Assembly: GCA_027593235.1 (NCBI GenBank)
Contig: JAQCIU010000022.1
Span: 1-53,126, forward strand
From: Chloroflexota bacterium
Lineage (GTDB): Bacteria; Chloroflexota; Dehalococcoidia; UBA2979
DNA: 53,126 bases
Reading direction: 5' to 3'
Below the pieces are notes generated by a model that saw only the letters and a program-made list of their open reading frames with translations, ran no database searches and had not been told where the DNA came from. The stretch's first letter is position 1, and the number at the start of each line of letters is the position of its first letter. A program made the position numbers and the translations under genes. Positions 37,007-46,065 of this stretch are shown here, in pieces.

Positions 37007-38029
37007 ATGCAGTTCGCCGCCTTCGCCCTCGCCGGATCGTCCGCGCGCGAGGATCCCGAGGTCATTTTCAAGCGCGTCGTGGAGTACGCGATCGAGGCCG
37101 AAGAACTCGGCTACGACGCTGTCTGGTTCGCCGAGCATCACTTCTCCAACTACGGCTACATCCCCAACCCGCTGCTGATGGCCACGCGCGTCGCCGCCGA
37201 GACCTCCAAGATCCGCGTCGGCACCGCCGTCCTCGTGCTCCCGTTCTGGGATCCGCTGCGCGTCGCCGAGGACATCGCCCTCACCGACCAGCTCACCAAA
37301 GGCCGTCTCGAGGTAGGCGTCGCCCGCGGCTACCAGCCCTTCGAGTTCCGCCGCTTCGGCCTCTCCATGGACGACGCCCGCGATCAGACCGCGGAGGCGC
37401 TCGCGATCATCACGAAGGCGCTCAGCGGCGAAACCTTCGAGTTCGAGGGCAAGTACCACCAGATCCCGGAGACCACGCTCTACCCGGCGCCGTTCCAGAA
37501 GCCGCGCCCCCCGATCTGGCTCGCCGCCACCACCCAGGAGTCGTTCGACATCGGTCGTCAATACGGCCTCCGTTCGCTCACCTCGCAGTCCGGTCGCCCG
37601 GTCAGCGTCCTCGAGGCCGCGTGGTCGAACTTCCAGAACTCGCGCAAGAAGTACCCGGATGCTCCCGCCGAGTTCGGCGTCCAGGGTCAGGTTGTCGTTG
37701 CCCCCACCGATGACGAAGCACGCACTCAGATGGAGCACTTCCTCTACCAGTCACGCCAGGCGACCAACCTGCGCCACGGCCACGAGCACGTCGTTTCCGG
37801 CGTCTCCGAGCCGCTCCCCTTCGAGGGCGAGCCGGACCTCGAGGAGATGTTCGAGAACCGCACCCTCTCCGGCACGCCCGACTCCGTCATCCGCAAGCTC
37901 CGCCGCTACACCGAGCGGGCCGACATCTCGATGCTGAGCTGCGTCATGCACGGCGGGGCGATGAGCCACGACACCGTGATGCAGTCCCTCCGCATGTTCG
38001 CGAAGGAAGTCATTCCCGCGTTCAAATAA
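37007..38029 (+). CDS. Luciferase-like (LLM) flavin-dependent oxidoreductase
   Basis: WFAEHHF, PLRVAEDIA..DQLTKGRLEVGVARGY, PPIWLA, FAKEVIP. Confidence 0.9.
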   Translation: MQFAAFALAGSSAREDPEVIFKRVVEYAIEAEELGYDAVWFAEHHFSNYGYIPNPLLMATRVAAETSKIRVGTAVLVLPFWDPLRVAEDIALTDQLTKGRLEVGVARGYQPFEFRRFGLSMDDARDQTAEALAIITKALSGETFEFEGKYHQIPETTLYPAPFQKPRPPIWLAATTQESFDIGRQYGLRSLTSQSGRPVSVLEAAWSNFQNSRKKYPDAPAEFGVQGQVVVAPTDDEARTQMEHFLYQSRQATNLRHGHEHVVSGVSEPLPFEGEPDLEEMFENRTLSGTPDSVIRKLRRYTERADISMLSCVMHGGAMSHDTVMQSLRMFAKEVIPAFK

Positions 38030-38061
38030 CCCCAAGTCGTGTGGTTTGAGACGGATCGGGC

Positions 38062-39024
38062 CTAGAGTAATCCCTTCAAACGGGGCAGCCCACGCTCCGG
38101 CTCGTTGCTCCCCAGCACCGGCGGATGACCGACGAGACGGAGTGCTGCGAGACCGCGGGGGCGACGTGGTGAGTCGGGCTTCACGGCTCTGCCGACAACT
38201 ACCTCGACCGGGATGGTCGACACTCCGTCGACTCGGCACTGTTCCATCTGGGCCATGAATGCCCCTCTGGCTGCGGACCGCGTGGTGCTGTCGATGTCTC
38301 CGAACCCGTTGAAGTAGGTGGGTGACTCGAACGCCCAGCGATCCCAGTACCCGCCTGCGTCCTGGATCCGGTAGTCGATCGACTGCACGTCGGTCGTGAT
38401 GTCTCGGAATCCGACGGCACCGAGTGCGAGCTTCAGATCGGAAGGCGAAGTCAGGCGCGTCGGGGGCGGCGGTGGGGGGACGAAGTCGGACTTCACCGAG
38501 GAAATCGCGGCAACGATTGGTTGTCTGAGGGCTGTTTGCCCCTCGACGGTGATCGCCGACGTTGCCACTCGCCCGTAGTGAGCGGTCACCCGCCAGATCT
38601 CCCGGAGCGCGAGAATCGGATCCCGCAGGTAGGGCAGGGTGAGATTCGACATCACCGACTCGAACCAGTCGGGTTCGAACCTCAGGTTATGAGCGTCCAT
38701 GACGTGGCAGGCGACATTCCACTCGGCCAGTTCAGCCCCGTAGTGCTCCTGGAGTTTCGCTTGTAGTGCCTGGATCATCGCTGGCGCGAAATCGATTGCG
38801 GCGACAACGTCGGGCCAGTGGAACGCGAGTTGCGTCAGCGCACCGGTCCCAGCACCGATCTCGAGGCAATGCTCCCCCGGAGCTGGGGCAACCGCATCGA
38901 GGACCAGCTCGCCGACCTGCTCGCTGAACGGTGTGAAGAACTCGTCGTAGTCGTCCACGACGTGCTCCCAGGCTTCGGGAGTGTGATAGCTGGTCGATCC
39001 TGCGATTTCGCACCCCGTCTCCAA
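38062..39024 (-). CDS. Class I SAM-dependent methyltransferase
   Basis: Motif I LEIGAGTG, AIDFAPAM, MDAHNL; TTG start is uncertain. Confidence 0.8.
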   Translation of the reverse strand: METGCEIAGSTSYHTPEAWEHVVDDYDEFFTPFSEQVGELVLDAVAPAPGEHCLEIGAGTGALTQLAFHWPDVVAAIDFAPAMIQALQAKLQEHYGAELAEWNVACHVMDAHNLRFEPDWFESVMSNLTLPYLRDPILALREIWRVTAHYGRVATSAITVEGQTALRQPIVAAISSVKSDFVPPPPPPTRLTSPSDLKLALGAVGFRDITTDVQSIDYRIQDAGGYWDRWAFESPTYFNGFGDIDSTTRSAARGAFMAQMEQCRVDGVSTIPVEVVVGRAVKPDSPRRPRGLAALRLVGHPPVLGSNEPERGLPRLKGLL

Positions 39025-39038
39025 GGCGGCATGACCCG

Positions 39039-39989
39039 CTACTCGATAACCCGCACCGGAGTGCCGTCGAGGAATCCGAGGATGCTCTCGATCGCGTCCG
39101 CGTAGAAGACGCCGTACGTCTCCGCCGTCACGTACCCGATGTGTGGCGTCAGCACGACGTTCTCAAGCCCGAGCAGCGGGTGGTCGTGCGGCAACGGCTC
39201 GACGTCGAACGTGTCGAGGGCGGCCCCGGCGATCACGCCGTTCCGCAGCGTCGTGACCAGCGCCGCCTCGTCCACGATCGGCCCGCGCGAGGTGTTCACG
39301 AGGTAGGAACGGCCGCCCAGCTTCGCCAACTCCTGTCGGCCGATCAGCCCGCGCGTCCGCTCGGACAGCACGAGGTGGATCGACGCGATGTCCGCGCGTT
39401 CCAGCAGGTCGTCGAGGCTGGATGCCAGCTCGACACCCACCTCGTCAGTTCGCTCGCGGGTGAGATTCTGACTCCACGCCAGCACCGGCATCCCGAATGC
39501 CTGCCCCACCGCGGCGACCTTGGCCCCGAGTCGCCCGAGGCCGATCAGCCCCAGCGTCTTCTCGCCCAGGTCGTGTCCGAGACCGATCTGCCAGCGGCCC
39601 GTCGCGACGGCGGAGTGCTCCATCGGAATCCCGCGCATCAGCGCCAGGATCAGCCCCCATGTCAGCTCCGAGGTCGCGGAGCCTTTGCTCCCGGTGCCGC
39701 AGACCGTGACCCCCGCGTCGGCGAGCGCCGCCATATCGAAGGCGGCGTTTCGCGCGCCGGTGGTGATCAACAGCTTCAGATTGGGTAGCCGCTCAACGAG
39801 CGATCGCGGGAACGGCGTCCGCTCGCGCATCGCGACGATCACGTCGAAGTCGGCGAGTCGCTCCGCCAACTCCCGTTCGTCCGCGAGGTGGGTGTGGAAG
39901 ACCACGAGGTCGGCGCGCGCCTCGATGGGGCGCCAATCCGCCGCCGTGAGTGCCGCGTCCTGGTAGTCATCGAGTACCGCGACCCGCAT
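39039..39989 (-). CDS. D-2-hydroxyacid dehydrogenase family protein
   Basis: VAVLDDYQ, MRERTP, GLGRLG, VNTSRG, TPHIGY. Confidence 0.92.
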   Translation of the reverse strand: MRVAVLDDYQDAALTAADWRPIEARADLVVFHTHLADERELAERLADFDVIVAMRERTPFPRSLVERLPNLKLLITTGARNAAFDMAALADAGVTVCGTGSKGSATSELTWGLILALMRGIPMEHSAVATGRWQIGLGHDLGEKTLGLIGLGRLGAKVAAVGQAFGMPVLAWSQNLTRERTDEVGVELASSLDDLLERADIASIHLVLSERTRGLIGRQELAKLGGRSYLVNTSRGPIVDEAALVTTLRNGVIAGAALDTFDVEPLPHDHPLLGLENVVLTPHIGYVTAETYGVFYADAIESILGFLDGTPVRVIE

Positions 39990-40013
39990 CGTTCCCCCTC
40001 GCGGCGTGTACCG

Positions 40014-40508
40014 CTACTCCGTCGGCTCCGGTCGGATCACCAGCACCGCCGCGTTCGGCGTCTCGCGTATCACATGGTCTGCCACCGATCCGGTGACGGC
40101 GCGCCCGAGGCCAGAACGGCCATGCGAGGCGATCACGATCAGCTCCGCGCCCACCGCCTCGGCCTCCTGGGCCACGAGTTCGAACGGATTCCCGCGCACC
40201 ACCGACGACGTAACCGTACCGACGCCCGCGTCACGCAGGCGTTCCGCGACTGACTCCAGGTACTCCCGCGCCGATGCTTCCCATGCCCCAAGCGTCTCGC
40301 TGCGGTCCGGCTCACCGACGTTCGCCAGCATCTCCAGCGTTCGGCGCAGGATCGGCGACGTCATGTCTGCGGGATCGATCACCTGCAGCAGATGCACGGC
40401 CGAGCGATGCGCGACCGCGTTTGCGATCACGTGCGGCAGCGCCTGCTCGGCTAGCTCTGAGGAATCCAGAGGCACGAGGATCTTCGAGTACACGCGGCGC
40501 CCTCTCAT
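40014..40508 (-). CDS. Universal stress protein (UspA domain)
   Basis: KILVPLDSS, IASHGRSGLGRAVTGSVADHVIR. Confidence 0.9.
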   Translation of the reverse strand: MRGRRVYSKILVPLDSSELAEQALPHVIANAVAHRSAVHLLQVIDPADMTSPILRRTLEMLANVGEPDRSETLGAWEASAREYLESVAERLRDAGVGTVTSSVVRGNPFELVAQEAEAVGAELIVIASHGRSGLGRAVTGSVADHVIRETPNAAVLVIRPEPTE

Positions 40509-40586
40509 CGGTTCGACTCAACCGCGATCGGCGGTCGTCAGCGAAGATATCAGCCGTCGCTCGGTTGGTTCGGCGATCCGGCCCGG

Positions 40587-41462
40587 TCAGTCGGAGATCA
40601 GCGGCCGGTTGACCAGCTCACCAGTGGCACGCACCTCGAGGCCCAGCGCGCTGAGGTCATCGAACGAATCGATCGACTCGGCTTCCGCCGCGCTCGCAAC
40701 GATCACCTCGTGGACCCGGAAGAACTGCGCCGTTGGCCCGTCGCCCTCGGGCAGGACGATCAGCGGTGGCGCGACGGTGCGGATCGCGCCGTACCCCAGC
40801 GGGTTGGTGACATCGGTGATGAACTCGTAGACATCGCCCGCGGTGATCCCGGTGATCCCGAGGTCGAAGTAATGGATCTGCTCGCCGCGGTACCAGCCGG
40901 GCCGGAGGCTGTGACCCTCGGATGTGGTCGAGCCCGCGGGTACCAGCGGACAGTTCACCAGCATCCCCGAGGGCATCGTCAGCAGCCCACTAGCGTTGAG
41001 TTCCTCCAGCGACCGGAGATCGCCGTCGAACCCTGCTGGCACCAGCACGAACTGGACTTCCCACAAATCGGAGTAGCCGGGATCGCCGGGCACGACATCG
41101 ACGACCGTCGGATGCGTGGTGCTCATCCGCGGTCGTCCGTCGTCGCCGAAGCCATCGATGAACACCCAGATCGGAGCGACCGGCACCGTGCCGTCGCCGG
41201 ACAGCGGTGTCGCGGTCCCAAAGTCGAGGTAGGCGACCGCCTGTCCCTCGCTCACCGCGTCGTGGCGTGCGTAGGCAACGTCGCCGCTGTTGTTGGTCTC
41301 CGGCGCGACAGCCCCGGCTCCGTAGCCGCCGGCGCCTCCCGCCAGCGCGGTTCCGCCGTTCAACGCCCCGACCGCCACCAGCAACGCATACAACACAAGC
41401 CCGACGAATCCGGCGAGTGTCGAACCGGCGATCAGCGCGATCAATGCATCCAGGCGACCCAC
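40587..41462 (-). CDS. Membrane-anchored hypothetical protein with a duplicated domain
   Basis: N-terminal hydrophobic helix; two repeats YLDFG...VNCPL and YFDLG...VNRPL; VPGDPGYSDLW motif. Start is inferred. Confidence 0.65.
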   Translation of the reverse strand: MGRLDALIALIAGSTLAGFVGLVLYALLVAVGALNGGTALAGGAGGYGAGAVAPETNNSGDVAYARHDAVSEGQAVAYLDFGTATPLSGDGTVPVAPIWVFIDGFGDDGRPRMSTTHPTVVDVVPGDPGYSDLWEVQFVLVPAGFDGDLRSLEELNASGLLTMPSGMLVNCPLVPAGSTTSEGHSLRPGWYRGEQIHYFDLGITGITAGDVYEFITDVTNPLGYGAIRTVAPPLIVLPEGDGPTAQFFRVHEVIVASAAEAESIDSFDDLSALGLEVRATGELVNRPLISD

Positions 41463-41569
41463 GGTCTGGCCTCGGCTACGTGTTTCGTGAGTTGTCGTAC
41501 CTCGATCAGCATCGGCTTCAGCTCGGGATCCGCGCAGACCAGCGCCCCGCCCCGCCGTACGCTGCTCCC

Positions 41570-42076
41570 GTGGAAATCCGCGAACTCGGTAGCAACGACG
41601 GCCTCGCCTACCGCGACGTGCGCCTCCGCGCTCTGCGCGAAGCTCCCACCGCCTTCGCCTCGACCCACGCCGAGGAGTCCGCTCATCCCGAGGCGTTCTG
41701 GGAGGATCTGGTCGCCCGCACCGCCGACGCGATGGAAGCGACCCTGTTCGCGGTCGATCGCGGCGACGGCTCGCTCGCCGGCACTGCGTTCGTCCGCGTC
41801 GCCGTCGAACCGCCTCACGGCGGCTACGTCGGCGCGATGTGGGTCGACGCCGATCTGCGCGGCGCGGGCTGGGCGGATGCACTCCTCGAGTCGGCCGAGC
41901 GCTTCGCACGCCGCCTTGGATCCGAGGAAGTCACGCTCTGGGTCAGCGAATCGAACCCACCGGCCTGGCGCTTCTACGCACGCCACGGCTATCGGCCGAC
42001 CGGTGCCACCGAGCCGCAGTCGAGCGGGATTAACGCGTATATGCTGACAAAACCGCTCCCATCACACTCCCCCTGA
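41570..42076 (+). CDS. GNAT family N-acetyltransferase
   Basis: RDVRLRALREAPTAF, AMWVDADLRGAG, N..A.RFY.RHGY; GTG lies 6 nt after TACGCT. Confidence 0.88.
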   Translation: MEIRELGSNDGLAYRDVRLRALREAPTAFASTHAEESAHPEAFWEDLVARTADAMEATLFAVDRGDGSLAGTAFVRVAVEPPHGGYVGAMWVDADLRGAGWADALLESAERFARRLGSEEVTLWVSESNPPAWRFYARHGYRPTGATEPQSSGINAYMLTKPLPSHSP

Positions 42077-42220
42077 TGCTCGGTGGATACTGCTTGCGAA
42101 GCCGCGCTCCGGGGCCGGCCGCGGCGCTCTTCCGCGGCCCGGCTACACGCGCGGGCCCCGCGCGACTAACATCACGCGCGTAGTCGATCCGTCGCAGACG
42201 TTCAGAAGCGAGGCAGCCCC

Positions 42221-43930
42221 ATGACCACTCAGACCAGTCCCGCCACCACCGACAAGACCAACGGCGCTGGTGAAACCATCCTCGGAGGTGTGCTCCTCGC
42301 CCGTTCGCTGAAACAGCAGGGCGTCGACTACATGTTCGGCGTCGTTGGCTTCCCGGTCTCGGAACTCGCCGGCTACGCGCAGGATGAAGGCATCAAGTAC
42401 GTCGGCATGCGCAACGAGCAGGCCGCCTCGTACGCGGCACAGGCCGCCAGCTACATCCTCGGCCGGCCGCAGGTCTGCATCGTCGTTTCCGGACCCGGCG
42501 TCATCCACGGCCTCGCCGGTCTCGCTAACGCCAAGTCCAACTGCTGGCCGATGATCCTCATCGGTGGTGCATCCGCCATCAGCCAGAACGGAATGGGCGC
42601 CTTCCAGGAAGAGAACCAGGTCGAGATCGCCCGGCTGGTCTCCAAGTACGCCCACTCGCTCGATCGCGCCGACCGCATCCCGTACTACGTCGAACAGGCC
42701 GTCCGAACCTCGATCTATGGCCGTCCCGGTCCCGCCTACCTCGACGCCCCGGACGACGTCCTCACCGCCGAGATTCCGATCTCCTCGGTGAAGACCATGC
42801 CGACGGTTCCCAACCCGCCGAAGCCCGGCGTCCCGGAACGCGACATCCAGGCCGCGCTCGCCGCGCTCAAGTCCGCCGAGCGGCCGCTCGTCATCATTGG
42901 CAAGGGCATGGCCTGGGCGCGCGCGGAGAACGAGGTCCTCGAGCTGATCGAGAAGACCCAGCTCCCGTTCCTCCCGACCCCCATGGGCAAGGGCGTGATC
43001 GACGACGATCACCCGCTCGCCATCTCCCCGGCCCGCACGCTCGCGCTGCGTGAGGCGGACGTCGTGCTCTTGCTCGGCGCCCGGCTGAACTGGATCCTCC
43101 ACTTCGGCAAGCCGCCGCGCTGGGCGGAGGACGTGCGCATCATCCAGGTCGACATCGCCGCCGAGGAGATCGGCGCGAACGTTCCGGCGGAGGTCGGTCT
43201 CGTCGGTGACGGCGCCGCGATCGTCGCCCAGCTCAACCAGGCGATCGACGCGGACGGTTGGCAGTACCCCGGTGAGACCACCTGGCGCTCGCAGCTCCAG
43301 CAGAAGGTCGACGAGAACGTCCAGATCAGTGAGCAGCTCATGGCCGACGACTCGTCGCCCCTGAACTACTACCGTGTCCTCAAGGAAGTGCGCGACACGC
43401 TGCCGGCGGACACCGTCATCGTCTCCGAGGGCGCCAACACGATGGACATCGGGCGCACCGTGCTCCCGAACAAGGGCGCGCGCACCCGCCTCGATGCCGG
43501 CACCTACGGCACCATGGGCGTCGGCCTCGGCTTCGCGATCGGCGCCGCTGTCGCCAAGCCCGGTACCCGCATCGTCGCCGTCGAGGGTGACGCCGCCTTC
43601 GGCTTCTCCGGCATGGAGTACGAAACGATGGTTCGGCACAACCTGCCGATCACCATCGTCGTCATCAACAACAACGGCATCGGCGGCGGCATCGCCGAAC
43701 TGCCGGTCGACCGCGACCCGCCGCCCGGCGTCTACAGCCCCGAGGCACGCTACGAGCGGATCGCGGACATGTTCGGTGGCCGCAGCTACTACGTCACCGA
43801 AGCACATGAGCTGGAGCCGGCCCTCAGCGCCGCCAACACCGGCGAGGGCCCCGCGATCGTTCACATCCGTATCGACCCGCGCGCCGGCCGCAAGCCGCAG
43901 CAGTTCGGCTGGCACACGCCCACGAACTGA
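42221..43930 (+). CDS. ThDP-dependent 2-hydroxyacyl-CoA lyase/synthase (HACL-type; oxalyl-CoA decarboxylase family)
   Basis: FGVVGFPV, MRNEQAASYAA, GAFQE, SEGANTMDIGR, GDAAFGFSGME...NNNG, C-terminal RKPQQFGW. Confidence 0.88.
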   Translation: MTTQTSPATTDKTNGAGETILGGVLLARSLKQQGVDYMFGVVGFPVSELAGYAQDEGIKYVGMRNEQAASYAAQAASYILGRPQVCIVVSGPGVIHGLAGLANAKSNCWPMILIGGASAISQNGMGAFQEENQVEIARLVSKYAHSLDRADRIPYYVEQAVRTSIYGRPGPAYLDAPDDVLTAEIPISSVKTMPTVPNPPKPGVPERDIQAALAALKSAERPLVIIGKGMAWARAENEVLELIEKTQLPFLPTPMGKGVIDDDHPLAISPARTLALREADVVLLLGARLNWILHFGKPPRWAEDVRIIQVDIAAEEIGANVPAEVGLVGDGAAIVAQLNQAIDADGWQYPGETTWRSQLQQKVDENVQISEQLMADDSSPLNYYRVLKEVRDTLPADTVIVSEGANTMDIGRTVLPNKGARTRLDAGTYGTMGVGLGFAIGAAVAKPGTRIVAVEGDAAFGFSGMEYETMVRHNLPITIVVINNNGIGGGIAELPVDRDPPPGVYSPEARYERIADMFGGRSYYVTEAHELEPALSAANTGEGPAIVHIRIDPRAGRKPQQFGWHTPTN

Positions 43931-43978
43931 GCAGACGTACCAGCGGCGGCCGTCCATGGACGGCCGCCGGGGAGGCCG

Positions 43979-45220
43979 ATGATGACCGCCGAGCCAGCAC
44001 AGACGACTGCCCTCGAGGGCCTGCGCATCCTCGACATGACGCAGTACGAGGCGGGAACGTCCTGCACGCAGGCGCTCGCCTGGCTCGGCGCCGACGTGGT
44101 GAAGGTTGAACCGCCCGTCTACGGCGATCCGGGGCGGCGCGTCCGCCTCGGGCAGGGCAACTCGCCCTACTTCCTCAACTGGAACAGCAACAAGCGAAGC
44201 ATCGTCCTCGATCTCGCACAGCCCGAGGGCCGCCAGCTCCTCCTCGATATGGCGCCGCACTACGACGTGTTCGTCGAGAACTACGGCCCCGGCGTCGTCG
44301 AGAAGCTTGATATCGGCTACGAGGTGATGAAGGCCGCCAACCCCTCGATCATCTACGCCCGGCTCAAGGGCTTCGGCACCAGCGGCCCCTACGCCGACTA
44401 CAAGTGCTTCGACATGGTCGCCCAGGCCGCCGCCGGCGCGTTCTCCGTCACCGGTGAGCGTGGCGGCCCCCCGATGCGCCCCGGTCCCACCACCGGCGAC
44501 GCCGGCACCGGCGTCCAGCTCGCCCTTGCGATCACCGCTGCCTACGTCCAGAAGCAACGCACCGGCCAGGGCCAGCTCATCGAGATCTCGATGCAGGAGG
44601 CGATGACCTACTTCATGCGCACGCAGATCGCCAACGGCTCCGATTGGGGCAACACGGTCACCCAGCGCAACGGCAACGGCCCCACCGCTCCCGTGAACCT
44701 CTACCCCTGCAAGGGGAGCGACCCGAACGACCCACACGCGGAGCGTGGTCCCAACGACTACGCCTTCGTCATGTGCGTCACCACCCGCATGTGGGACTCC
44801 CTCTGCGCCGCGATGGATCGCTCCGAACTTACCGTCGATCCCCGTTTCGAGACCCCCGAGGCCCGCGTCGAGCACGCCGACGCCCTCTACGAAGAGATCG
44901 CCGCGTGGACCACGCAGCACTCCAAGTACGAGGTGATGCGCATCCTCGGCGAAGCTGGCGTCCCGGTCAGCGCCAACCTCGACACCTACGACCTCTTCCA
45001 CGATCCGCACCTCACCGAGCGTGGATTCGTGCACACGCTCCAACACCCGGAGCACGGCGAAATCCGACTCCTCGGCTGGGCGCCCCGAATGTCCGCGAGC
45101 CACGTCCCGATCCGTCACGGCCCGCTGATGGGGGAGCACTCCGACGAAATCCTCGAGGCCGATCTCGGTCTCGACGCCGATCGTCTTGCCGCCCTGCGCT
45201 CGAAGGGCGTCGTCTCCTAG
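43979..45220 (+). CDS. frc: Formyl-CoA-transferase-like family III CoA-transferase
   Basis: AGTSCTQALAWLGADVVKVE and PTTGDAGTG (catalytic Asp); directly downstream of the HACL/OXC-family gene. Symbol is by similarity and context. Confidence 0.7.
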   Translation: MMTAEPAQTTALEGLRILDMTQYEAGTSCTQALAWLGADVVKVEPPVYGDPGRRVRLGQGNSPYFLNWNSNKRSIVLDLAQPEGRQLLLDMAPHYDVFVENYGPGVVEKLDIGYEVMKAANPSIIYARLKGFGTSGPYADYKCFDMVAQAAAGAFSVTGERGGPPMRPGPTTGDAGTGVQLALAITAAYVQKQRTGQGQLIEISMQEAMTYFMRTQIANGSDWGNTVTQRNGNGPTAPVNLYPCKGSDPNDPHAERGPNDYAFVMCVTTRMWDSLCAAMDRSELTVDPRFETPEARVEHADALYEEIAAWTTQHSKYEVMRILGEAGVPVSANLDTYDLFHDPHLTERGFVHTLQHPEHGEIRLLGWAPRMSASHVPIRHGPLMGEHSDEILEADLGLDADRLAALRSKGVVS

Positions 45221-45523
45221 ACGTTCCCAACCCACCGACCGCCGGTCCTCGGTCCCGGGCTCGGCAGTGCCACGTCCGCGTACCCCGCTGACCTCCAGTC
45301 ACACCCTTCCCTGACGGCGTTACGTCGTGACCCGCGGGTTAACCCGTAAGAGTTGACGCTCCGCGCCGGCTGCTGACGCCACGGTGAGCCAGTGGTGTGC
45401 CCATTCCATCAGTCGTTCGTCAGCAGGGACGGGCTGAGGGGAGTGGAAATCCCGATGCCAACCGAAGATCACGACAGCGCAAGAAGCGCAAGAATTTTCC
45501 ATCCGCAAGGAAGGAGCCTCATC

Positions 45524-45985
45524 ATGGGTTCACTGTTCGGCCGAGGCCCGCTCACGCTGGTCGTTGCGGCAATTGCTCTGTTTGCGGTGGGAGGCGCGGC
45601 ATTCACCGCGGCGAACACCACCCCGGGAAGCTCGGCCGGTGACGACACCGCCTCGGTGATTACCGGTTTCACGATCTCCGGGATCACCTACACCCTGGAC
45701 ACCACGACCCCGACCAACATCGATACGGTCGCGTTCACCGCCCAGGCTGATCACGGGGGCCCGTGGCCGGCTGCACTCGGTACCAAGCTCGGGCGGTTCA
45801 CCACCACCGCGACGCACTGGTTCGTCTGTACCGACAACGCCGGTGGAGCCGCGGCAGGAACCTACGTCGTCACCTGCCTGACCGATACCACCGGCAACGG
45901 CGGTAACTACTACAACGGCATCACCGCGTCGGTGCAGCTCACGACGGCGACCGCCGTCGAGTTCGACACCGTCTTGGTCCAGTAG
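45524..45985 (+). CDS. Small secreted protein with SipW-type signal peptide (candidate TasA/pilin-like filament subunit)
   Basis: AAGGAG ribosome-binding site; hydrophobic leader ending GGAAF-TAAN; Thr/Gly/Ala-rich mature region with two Cys; adjacent to a SipW-type peptidase. Confidence 0.7.
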   Translation: MGSLFGRGPLTLVVAAIALFAVGGAAFTAANTTPGSSAGDDTASVITGFTISGITYTLDTTTPTNIDTVAFTAQADHGGPWPAALGTKLGRFTTTATHWFVCTDNAGGAAAGTYVVTCLTDTTGNGGNYYNGITASVQLTTATAVEFDTVLVQ

Positions 45986-46008
45986 ACCCGCACTCTAGGC
46001 TCCTCCGT

Positions 46009-46036
46009 TCCCCCGGGGCTGCAATGCCCCGGGGGG
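46009..46036 (+). terminator. Strong intergenic hairpin between the secreted subunit and the peptidase
   Basis: TCCCCCGGGGC-TGCAAT-GCCCCGGGGGG with no U-tract, so it may be an mRNA-stabilising or attenuating stem rather than a terminator. Confidence 0.5.
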
Positions 46037-46065
46037 TGCGGGCGGATCTCTGAACGGCGTCTCTG

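Noticed and set aside
42143-45235. 1030-aa minus-strand ORF
   Set aside because: Antisense shadow of the HACL and Frc-like genes, as expected in high-GC DNA; no motifs.
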